A stretch of 64,000 nt of DNA from a virus (lineage: Duplodnaviria > Heunggongvirae > Uroviricota > Caudoviricetes): IMG/VR virus record IMGVR_UViG_3300045988_003495; one strand, written 5' to 3'. Under the pieces are notes generated by a model. That model searched no databases, was not told the DNA's origin, and saw only the letters and a list, made by a program, of their open reading frames with translations. Numbering within the stretch: position 1 is the first letter of the stretch; each line of letters begins with the position of its first letter. Both the position numbers and the translations under genes were made by a program. Shown piece after piece: positions 1 to 8,056 of the stretch.

Positions 1-2
1 AG

Positions 3-113
3 AAGATGGAAATTGATAAAGAGCAGAATGCTAATCAGGAGCAACAGAACGGTGCGTACCTATTGAATACTGTTGTAGATGATTTGAATAGTGGATTTTT
101 AGAGGTTCCTTAA
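3..113 (+). CDS. hypothetical protein, 3' end of a gene starting upstream of the window (5' partial)
   Basis: Open frame 3 runs from the window edge to TAA at 111-113; the next gene starts at 113. Confidence 0.25.
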   Translation, partial: KMEIDKEQNANQEQQNGAYLLNTVVDDLNSGFLEVP

Positions 114-355
114 TGACTTATGTAATTTACTCCAAAACTGGATGCCCTCAGTGCGAGACTGCAAAGAATTTTGCAAAAGCTCGTGGTATTGACCATGTTG
201 TGAGAATGTTAGGGCAGGACTATGAACTATCAGACCTGATTGATATTGCACAGATGCCAGTTCGTCAGATGCCATTCATCATGAAAACTGATGGGCAAAA
301 CCTAAAACCTGTTGGTACGCTACAGAATTTTATGGCAGAGGTGAATAATGCTTAA
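113..355 (+). CDS. glutaredoxin/NrdH-like redoxin
   Basis: 80 aa; CPQC dithiol motif near the N-terminus (SKTGCPQCETAK); sits just upstream of nrdD/nrdG. Confidence 0.6.
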   Translation: MTYVIYSKTGCPQCETAKNFAKARGIDHVVRMLGQDYELSDLIDIAQMPVRQMPFIMKTDGQNLKPVGTLQNFMAEVNNA

Positions 356-554
356 ACGCATTTGGGAAGGTTTGGTTGTTGATGCACCAGCTATTGTGAT
401 TGGTATGCTTATCGTTAACCTATTTACTGACTTTGAACAAGGTTCATTGTTTGGAGCCATGTTACTATGGGTTATCTTCGAAATATTAGAGATACAGTTA
501 GGTATCACTGAAAAACTAAGAGAACTCTTTGCAAAGTTTTCTAAAAAGATTTAA
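348..554 (+). CDS. small hydrophobic membrane protein
   Basis: 68 aa with two hydrophobic stretches; followed by a hairpin plus T-run at 562-584. Confidence 0.3.
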   Translation: MLKRIWEGLVVDAPAIVIGMLIVNLFTDFEQGSLFGAMLLWVIFEILEIQLGITEKLRELFAKFSKKI

Positions 555-561
555 AATGAAA

Positions 562-584
562 GGGTCTCTTCGGAGACCTTTTTA
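562..584 (+). terminator. intrinsic terminator-like hairpin
   Basis: gggtctc-ttcg-gagacc stem-loop followed by ttttt. Confidence 0.5.
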
Positions 585-602
585 GCATGTAAAGGGGCAA
601 TA

Positions 603-2747
603 ATGAACAAAGTACAGATTATTAAAAAGAATGGCTCACTTGAAGAACCTGATATCAAAAAAGTTTTAGCAGCAGTCACAAAGTCAGCTAACAGAGTTGG
701 TTATAAAGAGCTTCCACCAGATGTTACTCAAGCTCTTGAGTCAGCATTTATGAGGATTCTGGTAAAGTCCACTAAGCAGAATAATTTGCTAATTTCGGTA
801 AATGATATTCACAGTATTGTTGAGGGTGCTTTGGCAGAAGTCAATCACGAGATTTATGAGTCTTACTCAACATACAGAAATTACCGTAAAGAGGTTGCTC
901 AAAATTGGGATGAACTCTACCAGAAGACTAAGGATACCCTCTTCTTAGGTGACCGTGAAAATGCTAACTTTGACAGCAGTTTAATTTCTACGAAAGGTTC
1001 AATTATCCGTGGTTACCTGACTAAAGAAATCTTTAAACAGTATCATCTAACACCAGAGGAACTTGAAGCCATTGAGAAAGGCTTTATCTATATCCACGAT
1101 TTGAGAGACCTGATTTTTGGTGGTATTAACTGTTGCCTGTTTGACATTGGTAAAGTACTAAAAGGTGGCTTTGAAATGTCCGGCATTGAGTACTGTGAAC
1201 CTAAATCTGTACTGTCAGCGTTGCAGGTTATTGGTGACGTAGTACTTTCAGCAACTGCACAGCAATTTGGTGGTTTTACTTTAGCAGAGATTGATAAGGT
1301 ACTTGTACCGTATGCTAAGAAGTCTCTACGCTATCATGCTGAGAAAGCATCATCTTATGGTATTCCTAAAGAGCATTACCACAATTATGTAATGGAGCAG
1401 TTACAAATTGAACTGACTCAAGGTTTTCAGTCACTTGAGATGAAACTAAATACCGTACCTTGTAGCCGTGGTGATTTTGCATTCACAACTTTAACATTTG
1501 GTTTACTTGACTCAGATATGTCTAATGAGGATAATCGACTACAATACATGATTGCAAGTACTCTCCTAGATGTTCGTATGAATGGACAAGGTAAGAGCAA
1601 AAAACCTGTTGTATTCCCTAAACTGGTTTATATTTATGACCAGAAGAGACATGATGAAAATATCTGTCAAGGTCACCTGTACAGTAAAGCCATCGAGTGT
1701 TGCTCTAAAGCAATGTACCCAGATTTCTTAAGTGTGTCTGGTCATGGTGCTGTAGCAGAGGCTTTTGAGCGTTCTGGTAAGGTAATTTCACCGATGGGTT
1801 GCAGAGCCTTCTTATCTCCATATTTTAATGAGGATGGGAAAGAGTTTTACGTTGGTCGTGCTAACATTGGTGCTGTATCTTTGAACTTACCTATGATTTA
1901 TCAGTACGCCAAAGAGAATGGTTTAGATTTCTGGAAAGAGCTTGATAAGTACCTAGAGATGATTCGCAGCTTCCACAAGAAACGCTACGAAATGATTGCT
2001 AATATGCCAGCAAGTTCTAACCCTCTCGCATTCACACAGGGTGGTCTGTACAAAGGGAATAAGAAACCTACTGATAAGGTTGGCTGGGATATCGTGAAGT
2101 CCTTCACAGCTTCTTTTGGGGTTACTGCGCTTGATGAATTATCTGTTCTTGCTGAAGGTAAACGACTTCATGAAGTTGGAAGTTGTAGTTTTGCATACGA
2201 TGTTCTGGAATACATCAACATGAAAACTGAAGAGTTTAAAAATGAAGATGGTTTCTTATATGCAGTCTATGGCACTCCAGCAGAATCACTTTGTGGAACT
2301 CAGCTAAAACAGTTCAGAGATATGTTTGGAGTTATCAAAGGTGTTTCTGATAAGGAATACTTTACAAACAGCTTCCATATGAATGTTGCAGCAGACATCA
2401 CACCATTTGAGAAGCAGGACTTAGAAGAACCTTTCTTCCATATCTGTAGAGGTGGCAGAATCCAGTATGTAAGGGTAGCTAATCCAGAAAACTTACCAGC
2501 ACTTAAAAGCTGTATTACCAGAGGGATGTTGAAGGGTTTTTATCAGGGGCTTAACTTTGACTTAGCAATCTGTGAACATTGTGGTAACAGACCAAAGGCT
2601 GATGTTGAAGAATGTGAGGTTTGCCATTCACACGACATCTCTGTGATTAACAGGGTGTGCGGGTACTTGTCATTCACAAAAATTAAAGGTCAGTCTCGAA
2701 TGAATGACGCTAAGATGGCAGAAATCAAGGATAGGGTTTCTATGTAG
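603..2747 (+). CDS. nrdD: anaerobic ribonucleoside-triphosphate reductase (class III RNR)
   Basis: 714 aa; C-terminal glycyl-radical motif RVCGYLS preceded by Cys cluster CEHCGN...CEVCHS; RBS aggggcaataATG. Confidence 0.85.
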   Translation: MNKVQIIKKNGSLEEPDIKKVLAAVTKSANRVGYKELPPDVTQALESAFMRILVKSTKQNNLLISVNDIHSIVEGALAEVNHEIYESYSTYRNYRKEVAQNWDELYQKTKDTLFLGDRENANFDSSLISTKGSIIRGYLTKEIFKQYHLTPEELEAIEKGFIYIHDLRDLIFGGINCCLFDIGKVLKGGFEMSGIEYCEPKSVLSALQVIGDVVLSATAQQFGGFTLAEIDKVLVPYAKKSLRYHAEKASSYGIPKEHYHNYVMEQLQIELTQGFQSLEMKLNTVPCSRGDFAFTTLTFGLLDSDMSNEDNRLQYMIASTLLDVRMNGQGKSKKPVVFPKLVYIYDQKRHDENICQGHLYSKAIECCSKAMYPDFLSVSGHGAVAEAFERSGKVISPMGCRAFLSPYFNEDGKEFYVGRANIGAVSLNLPMIYQYAKENGLDFWKELDKYLEMIRSFHKKRYEMIANMPASSNPLAFTQGGLYKGNKKPTDKVGWDIVKSFTASFGVTALDELSVLAEGKRLHEVGSCSFAYDVLEYINMKTEEFKNEDGFLYAVYGTPAESLCGTQLKQFRDMFGVIKGVSDKEYFTNSFHMNVAADITPFEKQDLEEPFFHICRGGRIQYVRVANPENLPALKSCITRGMLKGFYQGLNFDLAICEHCGNRPKADVEECEVCHSHDISVINRVCGYLSFTKIKGQSRMNDAKMAEIKDRVSM

Positions 2748-2754
2748 CATACAA

Positions 2755-3312
2755 ATGAATTACGAACTGATATATAATGCAATTATTAAGAAGGCACATT
2801 CTGAAAGGGGTGTGCCTCTTACATACTACAAATGTCAAGGTAAGGGTTATGAAAGACACCATATCATACCAGTATGTCTAGGTGGCGATAAAATTAGTGG
2901 AGATAATATTGCTTTACTTACACCTAGAGAGCATTATATAGCTCATAAATTACTGGTTAAGATGTATCCAAACAATCATAAGTTATGGTTTGCATGGAAC
3001 AGGTTAGCTCATGATGGCCTAGATAGGAAAATATCATCCAGAGACTATGAAAAGGTAAGGGCTTTGAACTCGAAAGCTCTATCTATTGTGAATAAAGGTA
3101 GGGTTTTCACTGAAGAACATCGAAGACGATTAGGAGAATCTCAAATAGGCAATACAAAATCAAAAGGTTGTAAAAGGTCTATAGAAACAAGGAAGAAGAT
3201 GTCAGAAGCCGGAAAAAAGCCAAAGAAAAAGAAAACTTGCCCTCATTGTGGTATGACTGGTGGTGCTGGTAACATGACTCGATACCATTTTGACAATTGT
3301 AAGGAAAAATAA
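2755..3312 (+). CDS. HNH homing endonuclease (free-standing)
   Basis: ERHHIIPVCLGGDKISGDNIALLTPREHYIAHK HNH-type motif; basic C-terminal tail ending in CPHCG. ORF track start 2704 overlaps nrdD; in-frame ATG at 2755 just after the nrdD stop is the likelier start. Confidence 0.6.
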   Translation: MNYELIYNAIIKKAHSERGVPLTYYKCQGKGYERHHIIPVCLGGDKISGDNIALLTPREHYIAHKLLVKMYPNNHKLWFAWNRLAHDGLDRKISSRDYEKVRALNSKALSIVNKGRVFTEEHRRRLGESQIGNTKSKGCKRSIETRKKMSEAGKKPKKKKTCPHCGMTGGAGNMTRYHFDNCKEK

Positions 3313-3334
3313 CCTTATGTAAAAACTTGACAAG

Positions 3335-3721
3335 GTGGTGTGGGTCTTGATAGGCTTACATCACCTTTTTATTTGGAGTTACATTATGGACTTGTGGCTT
3401 TATGTAGCAGTTTGTGGGATTGTATGTCTGATAATCTTATTTATTCTTGGAATAATGCGATTTAGAGACATCATACAGTCAGATTTTTTGCCTGAGTTTG
3501 CCATGATAGTTGGAGTTATTACACTTTGTGTCTTGGCGGTGTTCTATTCATACAAAACTGTGATATGGATGAAGTCAAACAATTGTGTAAAAACTCATCA
3601 ACATCGTGAGGTTACTTATTTTGTGAGTGTACTTAGTGGGAACACCACTGTACTTGTCCCACAAACTTCTGTAGAGTATATTTACACATGTGATAATGGT
3701 AAAACTGTATGGTGGAATTAA
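3335..3721 (+). CDS. hypothetical membrane protein
   Basis: 128 aa with several hydrophobic helices; true start may be the internal ATG (MDLWLYVAV). Confidence 0.3.
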   Translation: MVWVLIGLHHLFIWSYIMDLWLYVAVCGIVCLIILFILGIMRFRDIIQSDFLPEFAMIVGVITLCVLAVFYSYKTVIWMKSNNCVKTHQHREVTYFVSVLSGNTTVLVPQTSVEYIYTCDNGKTVWWN

Positions 3722-3924
3722 CAATGGCAACACTCTTAAAGGTATTGACACCCACACTACACATAGTAATTTTCTTCTTTGGGGTTAGTGTTATGGTATG
3801 GGGTTTTTCTGACCCACAATGGGGTTTCTCATATCATGGTCAGATGGATTTATGGTCATGCTTCAAACCATTTTTAGGTTTAGCTATAGCATTCAGTGCA
3901 TTACCAACTAAGGTGAAATTATGA
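3709..3924 (+). CDS. hypothetical small membrane protein
   Basis: 71 aa, hydrophobic core (HIVIFFFGVSVMVWGF). Confidence 0.3.
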   Translation: MVELTMATLLKVLTPTLHIVIFFFGVSVMVWGFSDPQWGFSYHGQMDLWSCFKPFLGLAIAFSALPTKVKL

Positions 3925-4316
3925 TTAAGTTAAATCAAAAACAGTTAGAGTGGATTAAAGACTATGCCTCAGAGTGTGGCTCTTGTGAAAAGAATCACGT
4001 AAGGTACTCAACATTCCATACAGCCTTTACATTATATCTCAGCGAAAACGTTCTAGCTGATTCTGTAGAAGATGGTGTGTCATTACCTAATGAGTTACTT
4101 GATAAATTAGCTGTAGTTACTGGAACTTGGTCTGAAGAAGATGGTCATGAGTTATCTGATGATGTTGTCTTCTACAGTCTTGAAAACATTATGAATCCAG
4201 AGTATATTGCACTAATGACCTGTGCACAAGACTGTGTAATCTTGCAGGATTTCATCAAGAAACACTGCGAAGAGTTTATTACTAAACAGGTTCCTTGTCA
4301 GGTGGTGTTTGAATGA
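3921..4316 (+). CDS. hypothetical protein
   Basis: 131 aa ORF, start overlaps upstream stop (ATGA coupling). Confidence 0.4.
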   Translation: MIKLNQKQLEWIKDYASECGSCEKNHVRYSTFHTAFTLYLSENVLADSVEDGVSLPNELLDKLAVVTGTWSEEDGHELSDDVVFYSLENIMNPEYIALMTCAQDCVILQDFIKKHCEEFITKQVPCQVVFE

Positions 4317-4612
4317 GTAAAACAATTCGAAGAAAAGGTTTAAAGAACGTTCATGGACTCTACGAGTGGAGAAATGAGGTACGTAACAGAGAAAATGCTT
4401 CAGATGTCTACTTCCATTCTGATATGATGTCCAGAAAAGGTGGCTCTTACGACTTCACAAGCCAGCCTTGTAGAGAGATTAAGAAGGCCACTAAACGTCT
4501 TACAAGAACACAAATAAGGCAGCTTTCTAAGACATCCTTCTTAGATGAAGATTTTGATATTGATAGCAAGTCTCCAAAGAAAGCCGCTAAGAACACTTAT
4601 ATGTATTGGTGA
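4313..4612 (+). CDS. hypothetical protein
   Basis: 99 aa ORF, translationally coupled to the upstream gene. Confidence 0.4.
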   Translation: MSKTIRRKGLKNVHGLYEWRNEVRNRENASDVYFHSDMMSRKGGSYDFTSQPCREIKKATKRLTRTQIRQLSKTSFLDEDFDIDSKSPKKAAKNTYMYW

Positions 4613-4621
4613 GGTAACTAG

Positions 4622-5077
4622 ATGAATTACATGGAGATTCGACCATTTGATACAGCTAATGGTGAAGGGGTTCGTGTAAGCCTCTTCGTAGCTGGCTGCA
4701 AACATCACTGTGAAGGCTGCTTTAACAGGGAGTCTTGGAAGTTTAATGCTGGTAAAGTATTTACTTATGCAAACCTTTACGGAATCATTCAGCTAATGAA
4801 TGATAACGCTATCAGTGGGCTGTCAATACTTGGTGGGGAGCCTCTGGATGATAGAAATATTCAAGAGGTCACCAACATATGCAAGCGTATTAAAACTGTT
4901 TATCCAGAAAAGTCTATCTGGCTCTGGACAGGTTTTCAGTTACACGAAAAAATTCACCTAGATGTGATGAAATATGTTGACGTGGTGATTGATGGTAAGT
5001 ATGATTCATCTAAACCAACAGTTAAACCATATCGTGGTTCTGATAACCAAAACCTCTGGAGAAAAGAGTATGGGTGA
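4622..5077 (+). CDS. nrdG: anaerobic ribonucleotide reductase activating protein (radical SAM)
   Basis: 151 aa; N-terminal GCKHHCEGCFN cysteine cluster typical of glycyl-radical activases; close to nrdD. Confidence 0.8.
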   Translation: MNYMEIRPFDTANGEGVRVSLFVAGCKHHCEGCFNRESWKFNAGKVFTYANLYGIIQLMNDNAISGLSILGGEPLDDRNIQEVTNICKRIKTVYPEKSIWLWTGFQLHEKIHLDVMKYVDVVIDGKYDSSKPTVKPYRGSDNQNLWRKEYG

Positions 5078-5231
5078 CAAGGTGATTGTCAGTGGAGAGC
5101 CGAGTAAATCTCGTCGTAAAATAGGTTATCGGTAAAGGACACTTTACAATGTTCTACAGAACAAACTTAACCGTTTGTGTCACTGAAAAAGAACTTAAAA
5201 CATTTTGTGAAAAGATTGAGAGAGATATGAA

Positions 5232-5480
5232 ATGGGACTCTGGAATAGTTTTAAATCAAAAGTAAAAGCAGCACTAGCTTCATTAGGTATGCTCACTGGT
5301 GTTGATGTGACTCACCTTATGCAGAACTTCAAGATGGACGAGAAGCTGGCTAATGAGATTATGAAAAGTATCTATGTAGGCCGTGGAAAAGGTGGTAAAA
5401 AACAAGCACATCGACCAACTGGTGCAGCAGCAATTAAACGTGCAGCTAAGAAAGCTCGTAACCGTAAACGCAATAAGTAA
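5232..5480 (+). CDS. hypothetical small basic protein
   Basis: 82 aa, Lys/Arg-rich C-terminus (KKARNRKRNK). Confidence 0.4.
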   Translation: MGLWNSFKSKVKAALASLGMLTGVDVTHLMQNFKMDEKLANEIMKSIYVGRGKGGKKQAHRPTGAAAIKRAAKKARNRKRNK

Positions 5481-5491
5481 GGATAACCAAA

Positions 5492-5803
5492 ATGGAAAAG
5501 ATTTATAACACCCGTAAAATTCAGATTTCTATTCTGTGTCAGTTTATGGCTGATAAACACAATTCACATTATTGTGGCACAGGTTTCCTTACTCTTGGTG
5601 GCGGTTACATTAGCTTCAAAGAGGCTGTAAAGATGTACAATGAGCACCCTGAAGATGATAAAGAGCTTAAGCAGCTTAAACTTTCTTATGATAAGAAACG
5701 TAAGAAAATAATCTGCTTGAACAACCTTATCAAGCCAACTGAAAAGGTCTATGATGCAATTGGTGAAGAAGGTTTCTTCAAAGTATTGAAATTAGTTCAG
5801 TAA
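5492..5803 (+). CDS. hypothetical protein
   Basis: 103 aa ORF; hairpin plus T-run follows at 5818-5845. Confidence 0.4.
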   Translation: MEKIYNTRKIQISILCQFMADKHNSHYCGTGFLTLGGGYISFKEAVKMYNEHPEDDKELKQLKLSYDKKRKKIICLNNLIKPTEKVYDAIGEEGFFKVLKLVQ

Positions 5804-5817
5804 GAGTCTATGATTAG

Positions 5818-5845
5818 GGAACTGTAAAGGTTCCCTTTTTATTTT
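5818..5845 (+). terminator. intrinsic terminator
   Basis: gggaac-tgtaaag-gttccc stem-loop followed by tttttatttt. Confidence 0.55.
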
Positions 5846-5854
5846 GGAGATAAA

Positions 5855-6370
5855 ATGTATCTGTCAAACCTGAAACGTTCGGCTGCAATGTCAGTGTTAA
5901 GACTCAGCTTTGAGGAACGTCAAGAGTTCATTGACTCCCACCAATACGACCCCTCAAACTCCAATCACATGATTCTCTGGAATCGTGAGAGTACTCGTGA
6001 AAGAGTATTATTCCGATATTACCCATACTACACCATAGACAACCTGTATGAATGTTTTGTTGTGAAGAACACCATTACAGTACTTAATAAACTTTGCAGA
6101 TACACAGGTAGTCAATCCTTCACATTAGGTCACCACAAGCCTGTTACAAAAGGTGGTGAACATCACTGCGCAAACTGGTTTATCCAAACTAAAGCTGATA
6201 ACCAGAAGCAAGAAGATAGCCTTCTAAGCACTCCTAAGATGACCTATGAAGAGCAAGAGAGATATATCAAAAATAATATGCCAGATGTGCTTGACAACAA
6301 CTATACAGATTTGGCAATATCTCTCCTGTTGAAGTTTGAGACAGTTTATAGGGCAACTTACAATGGCTAA
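5855..6370 (+). CDS. hypothetical protein with possible HNH-like motif
   Basis: 171 aa; GHHKPVTKGGEHHCANW resembles an HNH core but is not conclusive by eye. Confidence 0.35.
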   Translation: MYLSNLKRSAAMSVLRLSFEERQEFIDSHQYDPSNSNHMILWNRESTRERVLFRYYPYYTIDNLYECFVVKNTITVLNKLCRYTGSQSFTLGHHKPVTKGGEHHCANWFIQTKADNQKQEDSLLSTPKMTYEEQERYIKNNMPDVLDNNYTDLAISLLLKFETVYRATYNG

Positions 6371-6641
6371 AGAGAAGTGGGAGATTCTACCATTAGTGAG
6401 TGAAGGTGGTAACGGCTGTGAGATGTACATGATACGTGGTCATGTCCCAGAACCAATTGCACTTGAGATGGTAAACAATTTTACAGATGGCTCTTACAAA
6501 GATTTAGGAGAGCCAACTATAAAGCATCAATGGGTCAAACCTGTACCAGACAGCACAGGTAACTGTAGTGTACTTTATCACGTTGTAGACCCTGCAAAAT
6601 GCAAATCTGCAATGGCAGTAACAAACATAACCTTTGATTGA
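6363..6641 (+). CDS. hypothetical protein
   Basis: ORF track 6336-6641; ATG at 6363 (MAKEKWEIL) avoids most overlap with the upstream gene. Confidence 0.3.
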   Translation: MAKEKWEILPLVSEGGNGCEMYMIRGHVPEPIALEMVNNFTDGSYKDLGEPTIKHQWVKPVPDSTGNCSVLYHVVDPAKCKSAMAVTNITFD

Positions 6642-6656
6642 TAGAGAGAGAAAACT

Positions 6657-7538
6657 ATGAAAACATCTATCCGTGTTACAGTTCATTCACCAACTAAAGG
6701 GACTCATGAAGAAGAGTTTAACATCATCCAATTTCCTTCTGGTGAGATTGGTGGACACTTTTCGCCAGAGTTTGTTGATTTCACTGCTTATGCAGCATCA
6801 TCCATCAACAATGTGATTATGATTGTAAAAGGTTATGACAAGGACACATTGTTTGCTGTGGCACTTGCTAAAGAAGCAATTGATGATTTAATTCCTCATG
6901 ATTATGCTTTAAAGACTGTCATCTTTTACTACTTACCAAATGCACGATATGACCGTCACATGTTTAAAGGCGACGCAGCAGCTTTAAAGGTTTTTGCTAA
7001 ACAGGTAAATGCAATGGGATTTGGTGCAGTCTGTGCAGTTGACCCTCACAGTTACGTTCCAGATAACCTGTTTAACTGCTTCCAGAGTATTCCTCAAAAG
7101 GAGATTGCAGTCCACTATGCAAATGACCCACTGGTTGATTACTTAGTAGCCCCAGATGCAGGTGCTGCTAAGAAGGTTGCAGAGACCGCTAAAGAGGCGG
7201 ATAAACCATATATCACAATGTCTAAGGTGCGTAACCTTAAGACTGGTGAAATTACTGGTATGCGAATCCTTGATGATGTTGATTTGACAGATAAAACCGT
7301 CATGATTCTGGATGATATCTGTGATGGTGGTCGAACCTTCATAGAAGCAGCTAGACATCTTCGTGAAGCAGGTGCAAAACGTGTGGAACTCTATGTAACA
7401 CATGGTATCTTCTCTAAAGATGTTGAAAACCTTCTTGACAATGGCATTGACCACATCTACACTACAAACTCTTTAGGGGAAGCTAAAGACCGTGGCTTAA
7501 CACATTATGGTCAAGTTACTGTAGCAAATTTGGATTAG
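6657..7538 (+). CDS. prs: ribose-phosphate pyrophosphokinase (Prs) homologue; candidate ADP-ribose pyrophosphokinase
   Basis: 293 aa; phosphoribosyltransferase-type PRPP-binding loop (VMILDDICDGGRTF); RBS gagagagaaaactATG. Confidence 0.75.
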   Translation: MKTSIRVTVHSPTKGTHEEEFNIIQFPSGEIGGHFSPEFVDFTAYAASSINNVIMIVKGYDKDTLFAVALAKEAIDDLIPHDYALKTVIFYYLPNARYDRHMFKGDAAALKVFAKQVNAMGFGAVCAVDPHSYVPDNLFNCFQSIPQKEIAVHYANDPLVDYLVAPDAGAAKKVAETAKEADKPYITMSKVRNLKTGEITGMRILDDVDLTDKTVMILDDICDGGRTFIEAARHLREAGAKRVELYVTHGIFSKDVENLLDNGIDHIYTTNSLGEAKDRGLTHYGQVTVANLD

Positions 7539-7546
7539 GTATTAAA

Positions 7547-8038
7547 ATGGATAAGGGTTACTTCGAAAAATACCTAATATACGAACCGGAGACAGGTTTA
7601 CTAATTTGGAAAGTAACCCTTTGCAATACCGCTATTGCTGGTAATGTTGCTGGCACAAGGTCTAAGAAGGGTTATATCCAAGTCCAGATAAATAAGAAGA
7701 GGTACTATGCACATAATATTGCATGGATTATGTCTGGAGGTGAGATACCAAGTGGATATGAGATAGACCACATAGACCTTGATAAATCTAATAATAAGTT
7801 GGAGAATTTAAGACTTAGCACAAAGTCACAAAATCAGAGGAATAGGGGTATATACAAGAATAATAAAACTGGTGTGAAGGGTGTAAGTTTTTGTAAACAA
7901 ACAGGTCTTTACAAAGCAAGAGTCATGCTTTACCATAAAGAATACTTTTGTGGAAGATTTAAAACGGTAGAAGAAGCAAAAGAAGCTGTAATTAAAAAGC
8001 GAATAGAACTTCATGGTGAGTTTGCAAGACATAACTAA
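7547..8038 (+). CDS. HNH homing endonuclease with AP2-like DNA-binding domain
   Basis: 163 aa; HNH_3-type core (YYAHNIAWIMSGGEIPSGYEIDHIDLDKSNNKLENLR) followed by AP2-like segment (GVKGVSFCKQTGLYKARV...GRFKTVEEA). Confidence 0.6.
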   Translation: MDKGYFEKYLIYEPETGLLIWKVTLCNTAIAGNVAGTRSKKGYIQVQINKKRYYAHNIAWIMSGGEIPSGYEIDHIDLDKSNNKLENLRLSTKSQNQRNRGIYKNNKTGVKGVSFCKQTGLYKARVMLYHKEYFCGRFKTVEEAKEAVIKKRIELHGEFARHN

Positions 8039-8056
8039 GAGAGAGAGAGATAAAAT

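Noticed and set aside
603-3312. Possible group I intron in nrdD, as known in some phage nrdD genes
   Set aside because: The NrdD reading frame is continuous for 714 aa through the glycyl-radical motif; the HNH gene is free-standing downstream, not inside an intron.
7139-7454. Minus-strand ORFs (7139-7342, 7143-7454) inside the prs-like gene
   Set aside because: Fully antisense to a well-supported gene, no RBS, low-complexity translation; shadow ORFs.
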